Below are positions 41,541 to 54,729 of a stretch of 64,000 nt of DNA, one piece after another (position 1 is the first letter of the stretch; each line of letters starts with the position of its first letter). The notes beneath the pieces were generated by a model, which saw only the letters and a list, made by a program, of their open reading frames with translations, was not told where the DNA came from and ran no database searches. Both the position numbers and the translations under genes were made by a program. The DNA comes from Octopus vulgaris (lineage: Eukaryota). The stretch lies in contig OX597836.1 of assembly GCA_951406725.2 (NCBI GenBank), positions 12,462,001-12,526,000 on the forward strand. The letters are read 5' to 3'.

Positions 41541-42019
41541 TTCAGCAGCCCCCAACTGAAGTATAAAACCCCGAGTTTTCTGTCCTCCTTTTATTTTTTT
41601 TTTAAGAGACATATTTTAGCATTAGAAATTGTCTAGAAGCCACAGCGCTATAAATGGTAAATAGGTGAGAGGGGTAAGAGGTGGGCAGGGGGTGGTTGCT
41701 GAATAAATAAATGATCAGGGTGGAAGAGACAGCAGACACAGGCACTTAGAGAACAGGCAACCATTCATAGTTGGATGGATAATGGATAGAGAACCTGTTT
41801 AATCATTTTGGGTTGTTTTTTGGTTTTTTTGATTTTTTTCCACTGATAACATGTGTTAGTTAGTATTGACCATACTAACATCATTGTCGAACAAATGGTT
41901 CTTTTCTCTCTCTGTCTTCTCTCCACCCACCCTCTCTCACTCTCTCTCTCTACTAACAGGTTTTTTATTATATTAAGTACATATGTACGTGCAGGAGTTG
42001 TCTGGCACTGGGAATATCA

Positions 42020-42312
42020 TCTCCATCATCATCACCACTTTCACCATCATCATCATCATCGCCATTGTCACCATTATCATCACTATCATTGTCGTCATCA
42101 TCATTATTTTTATCTTCTCCATCATCATCACCGCTTACACTGTCATCATCACCATTATCATCATCATTGTCATCATCATCATCATCATTATTATCATCAT
42201 CATCATCATAATTATTATCATCATTTTCATCTTCTCCATCATCATCACCGCTTACACTGTCATCATTGCCATCATTATCACCACCATCATTGTCGTCGTC
42301 ATCACCATCATC
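42020..42312. repeat. Degenerate (CAT)n tract with an internal higher-order duplication
   Basis: atcttctccatcatcatcaccgcttacactgtcatcat occurs twice. Confidence 0.9.
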
Positions 42313-42509
42313 ACTAGCTGGTGTATTCATTTAGACCAAAGGAGATGGGAACAATGTGAAATAAAGGGCCTCGCTCAAGGACACAGTGTACCACCCACCT
42401 GAGCTGGAGGGATCAAAGCCCCTGGTTTTATGATTGCATGCCCAGCATCCTACTTAACCAGTCGGCTATGTGCCTTCTCACAAAACATATTTCCTAAAAA
42501 ATAAACATT

Positions 42510-42790
42510 TCCGAGGTACAAGTTCGGCCATGGTTCTTAATGGAAGACCAGCATTCACCCATGCATGTCAGCCTCCCTTCTCCATGCTACAGCTGTTATC
42601 CAGAGAAAAGGCAAAGGCCAGTACAGCTTGGTATCAGTGACGTCGAAACTCATTTCTACAGCTGAGTGAACTGGAACAAAGTGAAATAAAGTGTTTTGCT
42701 CAAGAATGCAACACACAGCCCAGTCTGGGAATCGAACTCACTACCTCACAATTGTAAGCCTAACACTCTAACCACTGAACCATGTGCCTT
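42510..42790 (-). mobile_element. SINE family F (tRNA head, CORE-like cttgagcaa block)
   Basis: Minus strand has a gtggttagag..gagttcgattccc head and ttcttgagcaaaacactttatttcac..ccagttcactcagctgtagaaatgag; second copy at 50590-50900. Confidence 0.75.
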
Positions 42791-43052
42791 AATCACATCA
42801 TAGTAAAAACACATTAACCTATCACATTTTCTTAACAAACATATTAACCAATCACATCATTGTGACAAATCATATTAAGCCAATCACATTTGTTGTGACA
42901 GATCTATTAATAATGATATCGATGTAAAAACTCGTCAACCTATCACATTGGTGTAACAAACCTGGGAACCAATCACATCATCGTAATAGACATTATTAAC
43001 CAATCACATTTACTATCACAAACAGGTTAACCTATCATATAAACCAATGACA
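42790..43052. repeat. Degenerate ~30-bp tandem repeat with AACC(A/T)ATCACAT core
   Basis: About 8 periodic occurrences of the core. Confidence 0.75.
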
Positions 43053-43132
43053 GGGACATTTGTCTAGTTCCCAAGATTGCCACAGTTTTTTTTTTTTTTT
43101 TTTTACTGTTGTTTTTTGTTTCGAAGTATTTC

Positions 43133-43515
43133 TAGCTTGCTTACCAACCACATGGTTCCGGGTTCATTCCCACTGCGTGGCACCTTGGGCAAGTGTCTTC
43201 TACTATAGCCTCGGGCCGAACAAAGCCTTGTAAGTGGATTTGGTAGGCGGAAACTGAAAGAAGCCTGTCGTATATATGTATATATACTTATATATATGTG
43301 TATGTGTGTGTCTGTGTTTGTTCCCCCTACATCGCTTGACAACTGATGCTGGTGTGTTTACATCCCTGTAACTTAGCGGTTCGGCAAAAGAGATCGATAG
43401 AATAAGTGCTAGGCTTACAAAGAATAAATCCTGGGGTCGATTTGCTCGACTAAAGGCGGTGCTCCAGCATGTCCGCAGTCAAATGACTGAAACAAGTAAA
43501 AGAGTAAAAGAGAGA
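43133..43515 (+). mobile_element. SINE family A, slightly 5' truncated
   Basis: Matches the family; gtaaaagag tail repeats. Confidence 0.9.
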
Positions 43516-44179
43516 GTACCCCCATCGTATCTTCTTCCGTTTCCACATGAATCTTCTAGTAGAAACAGATTTAAGCAAGTCTGCCAGTAGTTGATAACAG
43601 GACCAGAATACGAGGTAAATAAAATAAATAGATAAAACATAAACTAAAAACCCACAGATGATGGTGGTGGTGGCAGTGGTGATTTGGGTGCATGGGGTGC
43701 TGGCGGGGCGGAGGTGGGGGGCACCCTACCAACAGTCGATTCTTACTAAGTCTTACCAAATTTACTAAATTCTATTCAACATGACATGAAATTTAATATA
43801 TCTTCAGATTTGATAGTTTACACCAAGAACCCAGTCTTTCTAATTCAAAGCAAAACCAAAAAAAAAAAATAAGAAAAAAAAACATAAGTAAAATAAAACA
43901 AAGAAAAAGATTAAGGAAGGAGCAAAGCAGTAAGAGTTGGGGAGGCCCTTCTCCTCTGCCAGTGGAAATATTTCAACCTAAGGGATGGGTCTGCCTGTTT
44001 TACAAGCCCCTTTTCAACACATGTTCCGATATATTCCACCAACCATGTCCTATAAAATTTCTTTTGGCATGTTACTCCAAGGAAGGAGGAGGGGAGAAGT
44101 CAGGTTTTACTACTACTACTACTACTACTACTATTATTATTATTATTATTATGTTCATTATTATTATTATTACTACTAC

Positions 44180-44590
44180 TCTTTACTCTTTTACTTGTTT
44201 CAGTCATTTTGACTGTGGCCATGCTGGAGCACCGCCTTTAGTCGAGCAAATCGACCCCGGGACTTATTCTTTGTAAGCCCAGTACTTATTCTATCGGTCT
44301 CTTTCGCCGAACCGCTAAGTGACGGGGACGTAAACACACCAGCATCGGTTGTCAAGCAATGCTAGGGGGACAAACACAGACACACAAACACACACACACA
44401 TACACATATATATATATATATATATACGACAGGCTTCTTTCAGTTTCCGTCTACCAAATCCACTCACAAGGCATTGGTCGGCCCGGGGCTATAGCAGAAG
44501 ACACTTGCCCAAGATGCCACGCAGTGGGACTGAACCCGGAATCGTGTGGTTGGTTAGCAAGCTACTTACCACACAGCCACTCCTGCGCCT
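44180..44590 (-). mobile_element. SINE family A, young subfamily, inserted in a (TAT/TAC)n tract
   Basis: Near-identical to 7377-7762. Confidence 0.92.
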
Positions 44591-44949
44591 ACTATTATTA
44601 TTATTATTATTATTACTATTATTTATTTATTTATTTCTATTTAATTTTTTTAATTTTATTTATTTTTGCAGAAGAAAGCTAGGGTTGTGGGTGGAGGGGA
44701 CGGGAGATATTTCTGTAGAAACCACACATGTTTGAAATGTAACTAATTCGCCACTTGTTGCTTTCTGCCAGTGAAAGCCAAAGTGGATTCTGCTAGAAGT
44801 TTTTTTATGCCAAACAAGGAAAGCCAAACTTGAGATATTTCATAGTGGATGGGTGGGGAGGAGGTTATGTTCTTTTTTTTTATTCTTTTTTCTGTTTTTG
44901 TATCTTTTTTTGCTTCTTCTTTATTTCAACAATAAGCCTTGAATATCTA

Positions 44950-45010
<61 letters not shown>

Positions 45011-45047
45011 TAGATAGGTAGATAGATATAGACATATATATATACAC

Positions 45048-45096
<49 letters not shown>

Positions 45097-45707
45097 TATA
45101 CACACACATATGCATGTGTATATATACACACATATATATAGATATATACATATATATATATATTTATTTATATATATATATATACACACATGCATATATA
45201 TACATAGATATATATACATATATATATACATAGATATTTATACATATATATACACACATACATATATATACGTGTGTATGAGTATATATATGTATGTATA
45301 TATATATATATAGATATTTTACAAAACTTCTGTAAGAATTCAGGGCTGCTTCACACGTGCGTGTCTATGTGTCTGTTCGTCCTCACTAGAATGCTAATCT
45401 AGGACGTCTGGAATATATTTCTTGAGAGTTCTACAAATAGATGCCAACAGCACTACACAACTTCTAAAGGTTGTTGTATAGCTCCAAGCCATCCATGACC
45501 ATCCTTGTCCTTTTTATTATTTTTTTATTTGTTTACCTTTTGTTCTTTTATGTTTCACTTGTTTCAGTCACTTTTGGCTGTGGCCATGCTGGGGCACCGC
45601 CTTGAAGGGTTTTAGTTGAACAAATGAACTCCAGGGCTTTTTTTTGTTTTTGTTTTAAACCTGGTACTTATTCTATCAATGTCTTTTGCTGAACTATAGT
45701 AAAAAGG

Positions 45708-45742
<35 letters not shown>

Positions 45743-46004
45743 CATATTATAAGTGGGTGAACTGGCAGAATCTTTAGCACATTAAGCAAAATGATTAGCT
45801 GTATTTCATGTCTTCATGTTTTGGGTTCAAATTCCGCCGAGGTTAACTTTGCTTTTCATCCTTTGAGAGTCAATAAATCAAATACCAGTGAAACACCGGT
45901 GTCAATGTAATCCACTAGTCCCCTCCCCTTCCAAATTTGAGGCCTTCTACCTTTAGCATAAAGGGTTATTATTATTATGATTGTTATTATTATCATTATG
46001 ACTA

Positions 46005-46367
46005 TTATTACCTCTGCCTTAGCGAAGGCAGAAGTATTGTTTTCAGTCGTGCTTGTTTGTCTGTGGACAAGATATCTCAAGAACCGCTGGATGGATTTGG
46101 ATGAATCTTTCAGGGATGTTTGGCCTCGTGATTGGCTTGAACTGATTGGATTTGGGGATCAGTCCAGTATTGGACTAGGATTCTGGATTATTTTTCCTGT
46201 TTTTTTACTTAATTTTTGAGAGCGGTCAGGTTCATTTTTAGTATTCCCATTTGTGAGAGCAGTCGAATTTATTTCAGATATTCTCATTTTAAAAATCATC
46301 TCTGGCTAATCATTGAGTGGACATTGGTGTTACCTTGGCGAAGGTTTTACACCCTCTGAGTGCTCTT
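46005..46367 (+). mobile_element. Helentron-associated non-autonomous element (HINE/DINE-1-like)
   Basis: 5' tacctctgccttagcgaaggcagaag hairpin/subTIR, gtttgtctgt tract, gatatctcaagaacc..ggatttggatgaa core, 3' ggcgaagg subTIR plus caccctctgagtg stem-loop; T-rich insertion site. Confidence 0.7.
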
Positions 46368-46407
46368 ATTATTACTATTATTATCATTATTATTGTTATT
46401 ATTATTA

Positions 46408-46447
<40 letters not shown>

Positions 46448-46546
46448 TACTATTATGTTTAATGTTGTTTTATGTGGGCCATTGTGGCTAATATAAGAAT
46501 TAATTATTATTATGATTGTGATTATTAATATCATTATTGTTATTAC

Positions 46547-46589
<43 letters not shown>

Positions 46590-47708
46590 GTTATTGTTAT
46601 TTCATCTCTAAGATACTTATTTAATTCTACAATCAGAACAGTAAATGCTATCAAGAAATGCATGCCACGACAGTTGAATGATAAACACACTGTATGTGTG
46701 AGTTTGTGTGTGTGTGTGTATTGGTGTCCGCATACAAGCAAAGAGGAGAAGAAGTAGAAGAAGGAGAGGAAGAAGAGGAAGTGTTTCTGCTGAACACAAA
46801 CAGTTGAATAAGCTTGATTTTTAAATTGACACAGCCATCCATTTCATTCCAACACAGCTGCAATAGAAACACACAAGTAATTTGTGCTTTTATTCCAGTC
46901 TTTAGCGTTTGTTTTGCGATCGAGAACAATGCAGGGGTGGGCAGGAGGGGGAAGACGGGACGGCGCATCCATAAACCTCGAAGTATGTCTAAAAATTTTC
47001 TATAGGAATATCTGCTGCTGTTGATGATGATGATGATGATGATGATGATGACGACGACGATGGTGCTGAGATGGTGATGCTGATTCTGTGAAAAATGAAC
47101 AAACGCTAGCCGTAGATTAATGGATTCCATTCAGCCTTCTTGGTACCGTTTGCCGTTTTCTCCGGGTTGTGTCATATCCAGCTGTCATATTCAGAGTCAT
47201 TATTTACATTTTAAAAAGGCAAGAGGAGGAGGAGGGGGATGAGGAAGAGGAGGAGGTAGAAAGAAGGGAAAGATGGAAGAGTAGGGGATTTGGGGAGGAG
47301 GAGGAGGGAAGAGATATGCGGAAGGCGCGGAGGAGGAAAAAAGGCGAAGATAGTCGGAGGGGGAAGAGGGAGTTTTCCATCGGAGCAACAGACTAACAAA
47401 GCAGTGATGAAGTGGGGGAGGCTTTTATCCTACGTGGAAAACTGTTAACCCTTTCCGTGATGATTTTTCTAATGATATATATGTATGCATGTATGTGTGT
47501 ATATATATATATATGTGTGTGTGTGTGTGCATATATGTGTTTGTGTGTATGTATCTATTTGTATGTGTGTATATATACATGTGTGTGTGTGTGCATATAT
47601 GTGTCTGTGTGTATATATCTATTTGTATGTGTGTATATATATATGTGTGTGTGTGTGTGTGTGCATATATGTGTCTGTGTGTATATATCTGTTTGTATGT
47701 GTGTGTAC

Positions 47709-47746
<38 letters not shown>

Positions 47747-48730
47747 ATGTATATATAGGCATACTTGTTTGTGTATTTGTGTGTACATATCTGTATGTGT
47801 ATATATGTATGTATATATATATGTGTGTGTGTATATATGTGTGTGTGTGTGTATGTATATATATGTATGTATATTATATGAAACTATTGAAAAAAAGTCA
47901 CGCAGGGACTTGGTAAAATTACTGAATTTTTTTTTTTTCTTTTTCCCCCCGTTTTTAAGTTGGTTATTGGGACATAACAAAGCAAAGCATAAAAAGTAAA
48001 TGCTTCTTGCATGAAATTATAATGGATGTTTTTGTTTTTGTTTTTTGGAGGGGTTTTTTTTTTTTTTTTTGTGAATGTGAACATTTTTCAGAGAAGAGAA
48101 AATATTTGGGAGAACCAGAGTCAGTCTCCTGTGGGTTGGTACCAGAAGGATTAAGATGATAATCTGTTTCAGCTAGATTTACATGGAAATCATTCCGTTT
48201 GTATCCCTAAAGCATCAACAGACAAACTCCAGATTGGAGTCGCTTTAAACGGTGAGTGGGCTGACAGTTATACACCATTGTCATCCTCATCATCATCATC
48301 ATCATCATCATTCAGTGTTCATGTTTGACAAGGAGCTGATGGACCCAAGGTCTACATCGCGTTTCCAGTGTCTGGGTGCCCTTTCTACTGTCAACTACTT
48401 TACAATGAGTATGGGGTGCTTTTATGTCACACCACCACTATTCCTGCAATGGTGATGGATTTAAGGGTTCTGAGTAAAAAAAATATACATACATACAAAC
48501 ACACACACTGGGACCAAGACCATTGGCAACATGCTGTGCATGAGAAGAGTCATCAGTGGCACATAAAAAGCATCCATTAGACTCTTGGAGTGGTTGGTAC
48601 TAGGAAGGGCATCCAGCCGTAGAAACCATGCCAAATCAGATTGGAACTTGGTGCAGCTCTCCAGTTTTCCAGTTTCAATCAAGCCATCCAACCCATGCCA
48701 GCACGAAAAGCAGACACTTAATGATGATGA

Positions 48731-48765
<35 letters not shown>

Positions 48766-48768
<3 letters not shown>

Positions 48769-49023
48769 AGATGAGTGTATTTTTCCCTTGTTATATCTTA
48801 TAACGTTTTTTTCAAATAATATTAGTTGCGTTCAGTAAATCACTATACATATCCATCATTTTCTGTTAAAATGTCTTATTGACGAGTTTCATTTCTTCAT
48901 TTCCCTGAAGAGAAGATTACATTGTTTTACACCATTTATTCCTTTGGAATAATATCAGTGAAATCTTTGAAACATGTGTCGGAAGTAAAAGTATTTGAAT
49001 AACAACTGCGTTAAACACCATTG

Positions 49024-49028
<5 letters not shown>
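48766..49028. mobile_element. Penelope-like short element in (TA)n
   Basis: Shares aatagatgagtgtatttttcccttgtta and the hammerhead 3' half with 54494-54729, but in opposite relative orientation. Confidence 0.62.
48899..48986 (+). ncRNA. Type I hammerhead ribozyme motif (putative)
   Basis: Stem I atttcc/ggaagt; CTGAAGA at 48905-48911; stem II gaagattacattg/cagtgaaatcttt; GAAA at 48969-48972; minimal stem III with palindromic ACATGT; GTC cleavage triplet at 48978-48980. Confidence 0.72.
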
Positions 49029-49063
<35 letters not shown>

Positions 49064-50287
49064 GTATGTATATATATATACATATGTATGTATATATATA
49101 CATATGTATGTATGTATATATATATACATATGTATGTATATATATATACATATGTATATATATATATACATATGTATGTATATATATACATATGTATATA
49201 TATATATATATATACACATGTATGTATATATATATATGTATGTATATATATATACATATGTATATATATATATGTATATACATATGTATGTATATACATA
49301 TGTATGTATGTATGTATATATATACATATGTATATATATATATATATATACATACACATATGTATGTATATATATATATGTATGTATATATATATACATA
49401 TATATATATATATGTATATACATATATGTATATATATATCTATATATATATATATATCAGACACCTGAAGAATGGGGGTAGAGTTACAACATCCAGATCG
49501 TTAGGATGTAACAACCATGATGAGAGCACTAATCCGAATGCATACATGTATCAGGATTCATTGCATGATATCAATAATGCTGCATCACGGAGATGCATGC
49601 ATAAATCAAAAGCTGCAGGTATATTTACTATGCTTGAAGTGCAACCATGGAGATGTTACATTATATCGTAGTATAGTTTCTGTTCGTGTGTTCCCATTAA
49701 ACTTTGTGGCTGTTTTAAAACTAAAACTAAAACATCATTTCTACCTACCAGCCAAAATGACAAAGTAATGCCTTCTTGCATATCCAATAATGGATTACTT
49801 CATGTGGTGTGTAGTAAAAGCTATAATTTTTGAAGAAATTGCATGCAAAGGAGGGAGGAAAAATTTTTTTTTAGAAAATTTTACAAATACTTCGAGAAAA
49901 TTTGATCTTTTTCTTTCTTTTTTTTTTTGCTATAAATGGTGAAAAATTTTGGTGAGCAAATATTAATAATTCCAACAGTGAAAACAAGGTTGTTTTTGGA
50001 GGGTTTAAAATTTTTTTTTTTTTTTTTGTTTTTTGATTATTTTTTACCTTATAAGGAATTTGTGAATAATGAAGCAGCCAGCAGCAAAAGTGAAAGCAGG
50101 CAATATTGGTTATAAATTTCAGAAATGTAAACATCATTGATATTGATCAGAATTGCTGAGAACAAATGCTAAAAATGAAATTAGAAGACTGAAATGGTAA
50201 ATTTATACCATCCATCTATTTTAATGAGGGCTTAAAACTTTTTGTGCATTTATACAGACCTGTGTGTGCATGTGTGTGTGTGTATAC

Positions 50288-50510
50288 ATTCGAAGGAGAG
50301 GAGCTTTCTCCGTCCGGGTTGCGGATCCGTGGAACAAGCTGCCAGACGAGATGGTGAAGATGCCGACGACCGCTTTGTTCAAAGCCTCCCTGGACCTCAA
50401 GTGGCCTGAACTCTTTACATGAACACCACCCTGTACTTAACTCCATGTCCCCCTACATGGCCTTGCTATTTGCTTTTGAGCCAAATTAACTAACTAACTA
50501 ACTAACTAAC
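50288..50510 (+). mobile_element. CR1-clade LINE 3' fragment
   Basis: Translates IRRRGAFSVRVADPWNKLPDEMVKMPTTALFKASLDLKWPELFT*, fitting the CR1-type C-terminal motif FS.RV...WN.LP......FK..LD, followed by a short 3' UTR and (CTAA)n tail. Confidence 0.8.
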
Positions 50511-50589
50511 ACATATATAAACACACACACATGTATATAAATGTATATATTTACATACATGCACACAAATATATGTGTGTGTTGCTGAT

Positions 50590-50900
50590 CTGAGACCCCT
50601 TCGGTCATGACTGACCATGGGATTGCACCTAGAAAGTTACCCTCCCAGGCACAGGTCCGGGTAAGGTTATTTTTATGGAAGACCAGCTGTCGCCCATGCA
50701 TACCGGTGTCCCCTCTCCATGCCACTGATGTCATCCAAGGAAAAGGCAAAGGCCAATTCAGCTTGACAACAAAAATTTCACAACTCATTTCTACAGCTGA
50801 GTGAACTGGAGTAACATGAACTAAAGTAAACCATCTTGCTCAAGAGCACATCATGCAGCCTGGTCCAGGAATCGAACTCACAACTTCACAATCGTAAGCA
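50590..50900 (-). mobile_element. SINE family F
   Basis: Homologous to 42510-42790. Confidence 0.75.
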
Positions 50901-51102
50901 CGACTTGTTCCAGTCATTTGACTGCAACCATGATGGAGGACCACCTTTAGTCAAATCAAATCAAATCGACCCCAGGACTTATCCTTTGTAAGCCTAGTAC
51001 TTATTCTATCGGCCTCTTTTGCCGAACTGCTAAGTTACGGGGACCTAAACACACCAGCATCGGTTGTCAAGCAATGCTAGGGGGACAAACACAGACACAC
51101 AA

Positions 51103-51485
51103 TGGAAGCACTCCGTCGGTTACGACGATGAGGGTTCCGGTTGATCCGAATCAACAGAACAACCTGCTCATGAAATTAACGTGTAAGTGGCTGAGCACTC
51201 CACAGACACGTGCACCCTTAACGTAGTTCTCGGGGATATTCAAGGTGACACAAAGAGTGACAAGGCCAGCCCCTTGAAATACAGGTACAACAGAAACAGG
51301 AAGTAAGAGTGAGAGAAAGTTGTGGTGAAAGAGTACAGCAGGGATCACCACCATCCCCTGCCAGAGCCTCGTGGAGCTTTAGGTGCTTTCGCTCAATAAA
51401 CACTCACAACGCCCGGTCTGGGAATCGAAACTGCGATCCTACGACCGCGAGTCCGCTGCCCTAACCACTGGGCCATTGCGCCTCC
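51103..51485 (-). mobile_element. SINE family D, tail type 2, full length with 14-bp TSD
   Basis: TSD acacagacacacaa at 51089-51102 and 51486-51499. Confidence 0.9.
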
Positions 51486-51570
51486 ACACAGACACACAAA
51501 CATATACACACACATGCATATATATATATACGACGGGCTTCTTTCAGTTTCCGTCTACCAAATCCACTCA

Positions 51571-51771
51571 TCATCATTCATCATTGTTCGACCGTGGTCG
51601 AGACAATGGAATTTACCATGCTACGCCAGACTTCACGGTCCATCATGGCATTACGGAGGTCCTGTTGCTGGATGCCTGTATCCCTGGAGATTACATCAGG
51701 GTAGGAGAGTGTGCGCCCTCTGGCATTACGAGTAGATGGCTTCCAGAGGAGAGCAGAAATTACCTCTTTTT
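51571..51771 (-). mobile_element. RTE-clade LINE 3' fragment (5' truncated)
   Basis: Minus ORF ..LLWKPSTRNARGRTLSYPDVISRDTGIQQQDLRNAMMDREVWRSMV.. fits the RTE C-terminal motif (W.P...R.RGR....D.I..D......DR..WR); (TGA)n tail; cactca duplicated at both ends. Confidence 0.82.
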
Positions 51772-51888
51772 CACTCACAAGGCTTTGGTCGGCCCAAGGC
51801 TATAGTGGAAGACACTTGCCCAAGATACCACGCAGTGGGACTGAACCCGGAACCGTGTGGTTGGTAAGCAAGCTACTTACCACACAAC

Positions 51889-51944
<56 letters not shown>

Positions 51945-52199
51945 TGATGATGTGTGTGTGAAGCTAAATGTAAAAACAAAAAAAGAAAGAAAATAGGAAA
52001 ACAATTACATTTCTCCACATTAAATTATAATTAATTTACTCTTCTGTTCTGAAATTGAATTTGATGTTTTAGTAATTTTATTACTGCGACATTCAAGCAA
52101 CAACAACAAAAGCAGCAAACACTATAACCGATAACTGGAGAGAAATAAGTCAGTCGCACACCTTACTATAATTGTTGTTGTTGTAGTAGCAATAGTCTA

Positions 52200-52282
52200 T
52201 TCTCTTTCTCTCTCTATCTCTCTATCTATCTATCTCTGTCTCTCTCTCTCTCTCTATCTATCTATCTCTCTCTATCTGTCAA

Positions 52283-52323
<41 letters not shown>

Positions 52324-52397
52324 CTATCTCTGTCTCTCTATCTATCTATCTATCTCTATCTCTCTATCTATCTATCTATCTATCTCTGTCTCTCTCG
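52200..52397. repeat. (TC)n/(TCTA)n microsatellite
   Basis: Direct reading. Confidence 0.95.
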
Positions 52398-52821
52398 CTT
52401 TTGTTCTTTGTTTTCTTAAGCGATTACATTTGTTTTCAAATTTCCATTTAGTGTAGATGTTTAATATACTTCATCATCTTCTGCGGCTGTTGTTGTTGTT
52501 GTTGCTGTTGTTAATGTGGTTATTTTGATTAATGCAATTGTTGTTGTTGTTGTTAATGATGTGGTAGAGGTGGCAGCTTGGGGAGGTGGTGCTACAGCCA
52601 AAGGTGATGAGGCTAGCAGTAGTAGTGGTGGTGGTGGTGGTGGACGGTGGTGGTGGTGACTACAGCAGGTGGTAGTGGTAGGAACGGGTGGTGGTGGTGG
52701 CGGCAACAATGGTGAAGGCGATGATGGCCTCTATTTAACTTTATCATTAAATTTATATATTTTCTCACTTTCTTTACAAGTAAAATTTACATATATATGT
52801 ATATATATATAAATATATATG

Positions 52822-52853
<32 letters not shown>

Positions 52854-52869
52854 TATGTATATATACATA

Positions 52870-52901
<32 letters not shown>

Positions 52902-52910
52902 ATATATATG

Positions 52911-52942
<32 letters not shown>

Positions 52943-53021
52943 TATGTATATATACATACATATATATATATATATACATACATATATATACACACACATA
53001 TATATGTATATATATATATAC

Positions 53022-53054
<33 letters not shown>

Positions 53055-53057
53055 CAT

Positions 53058-53133
<76 letters not shown>

Positions 53134-53459
53134 GTATATTATATACTACTTATGTATATATGTATAGCTGTAATAATGCTGTCAAATCAAATAGTGATAT
53201 CTTGAAATCATTTCATATTTGCGTTTCAGATATATATGCAATGGTTGCATTTCCTATTGTGTATTACGCAAACCTGGCCCCGTTCATATTTAAATGATTT
53301 CAACAACTTAGTATTGGGTTTCACTTCATTATTACAACTAATGCAACTTGGTGCCAGTACAAACTAATCTATCCAGACTCCACTTGTGCCGTCAGTCTAA
53401 CAAGGATTTAAACTCATATGTTATGTTTCAGTCAAAAGCCCTCGTATCATACGACCACT

Positions 53460-53895
53460 CTCTTTACTCTTTTTACTCTTTTACTTGTTTCAGTCATTTG
53501 ACTGCGGCCATGCTGGAGCACCGCCTTTTAGTCGAGCAAATCGACCCCCAAGACTTATTCTTTTTGTAAGCCCAGTACTTATTCTATCGGTCTCTTTTTG
53601 CCGAACCACTAAGTGACGGGGACATAAACACACCAGCTAAGTGACGGGGACGTAAACACACCAGCATCGGTTGTCAAGCAATGCTAGGGGGACAAACAAA
53701 GACACACATACATATATATATAAACATATATACGACGGGCTTCTTTCAGTTTCCGTCTACCAAATCTACTCACAAGGCATTGGTCGCCCCGGGGCTATAG
53801 CAGAAGACACTTGCCCAAGATGCCATGCAGTGGGACTGAACCCGGAACCATGTGGTTGGTTAGCAAGCTACTTACCACACAGCCACTCCTGCGCC
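53460..53895 (-). mobile_element. SINE family A, young subfamily, with a ~28-bp internal duplication
   Basis: ctaagtgacggggac.taaacacaccag occurs twice. Confidence 0.9.
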
Positions 53896-53959
53896 TTACT
53901 CTTTTAGCCAGTGTAACATAATATATATTTTAATGAGTTGTGTCTGTTTATCACCCAGT

Positions 53960-54320
53960 TGTGTGGTAAGTAGCTTGCTTACCAACCACATGGTTCCGGG
54001 TTCAGTCCCACTGCATGGCACCTTGGGCAAGTGTCTTCTGCTATAGCCTAGGGCCGACCAAAGCCTTGTGAGTGGATTTGGTAGACGGAAACTGAAAGAA
54101 GCCCATCGTATATATATGTATATGTATATATGTATGTGTGTGTGTATATGTTTGTGTGTCTGTGTTTACGTCCCCGTAACTTAGCGGTTCGGCAAAAGAG
54201 ACCGATAGAATAAGTACTAGGCTTACAAAGGATAAGTCCTGGGGTCGATTTGCTCGACTAAAGGTGGTGCTCCAGCATGGCCACAGTCAAACAACTGAAA
54301 CAAGTAAAAGAGGTAAAGAG
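53960..54320 (+). mobile_element. SINE family A, head-to-head with the previous copy
   Basis: Matches the family, with a short internal deletion. Confidence 0.9.
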
Positions 54321-54460
54321 GATAAAACACATCTGCACCACTGGATGCCCCTGAACCAGTTGTTAAGTGTCCCACTTGTGAGGGATCGATGGTAGATGTG
54401 TCAAAACAATTGTCGTGATTAATAATATATTCTCATATATTCCATCTTCCGTCTTTCATT

Positions 54461-54493
<33 letters not shown>

Positions 54494-54500
<7 letters not shown>

Positions 54501-54729
54501 GAGTGTATTTTTCCCTTGTTAACAATTAACACGGAAAAATAGATAAATAGTTACCAGAGTAGCAAAAAATCACACAAGTAAAGAGGTTGTAACTCCTTGT
54601 TTTTAAAGGTAGAAACTTCGGCTTTACGTGGAAATTGTTTGTATAATATATGAATAAATAAATGGAGTTTAACGCAGGTATAATTCAAATACTTTTGCTT
54701 CCGACACATGTTTCGAAGATATCACTGAT
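54494..54729 (-). mobile_element. Penelope-like fragment containing the 3' half of the 48899 hammerhead
   Basis: Minus strand reads cagtgatatcttcGAAAcatgtGTCggaagcaaaagtatttgaat; flanked by (TA)n. Confidence 0.62.

Larger units (their letters stand above)
50905..51891 (-). mobile_element. SINE family A host copy split by two insertions
   Basis: Family A sequence resumes exactly after each insert. Confidence 0.88.

Noticed and set aside
45418-45436. tttcttgagagttctacaa resembling FLESLQ
   Set aside because: It needs a frameshift and has no AG acceptor.
49460-49555. CTGAAGA followed by a hairpin, at the edge of (TA)n
   Set aside because: No GAAA is correctly placed after the stem; at best a heavily decayed relic.
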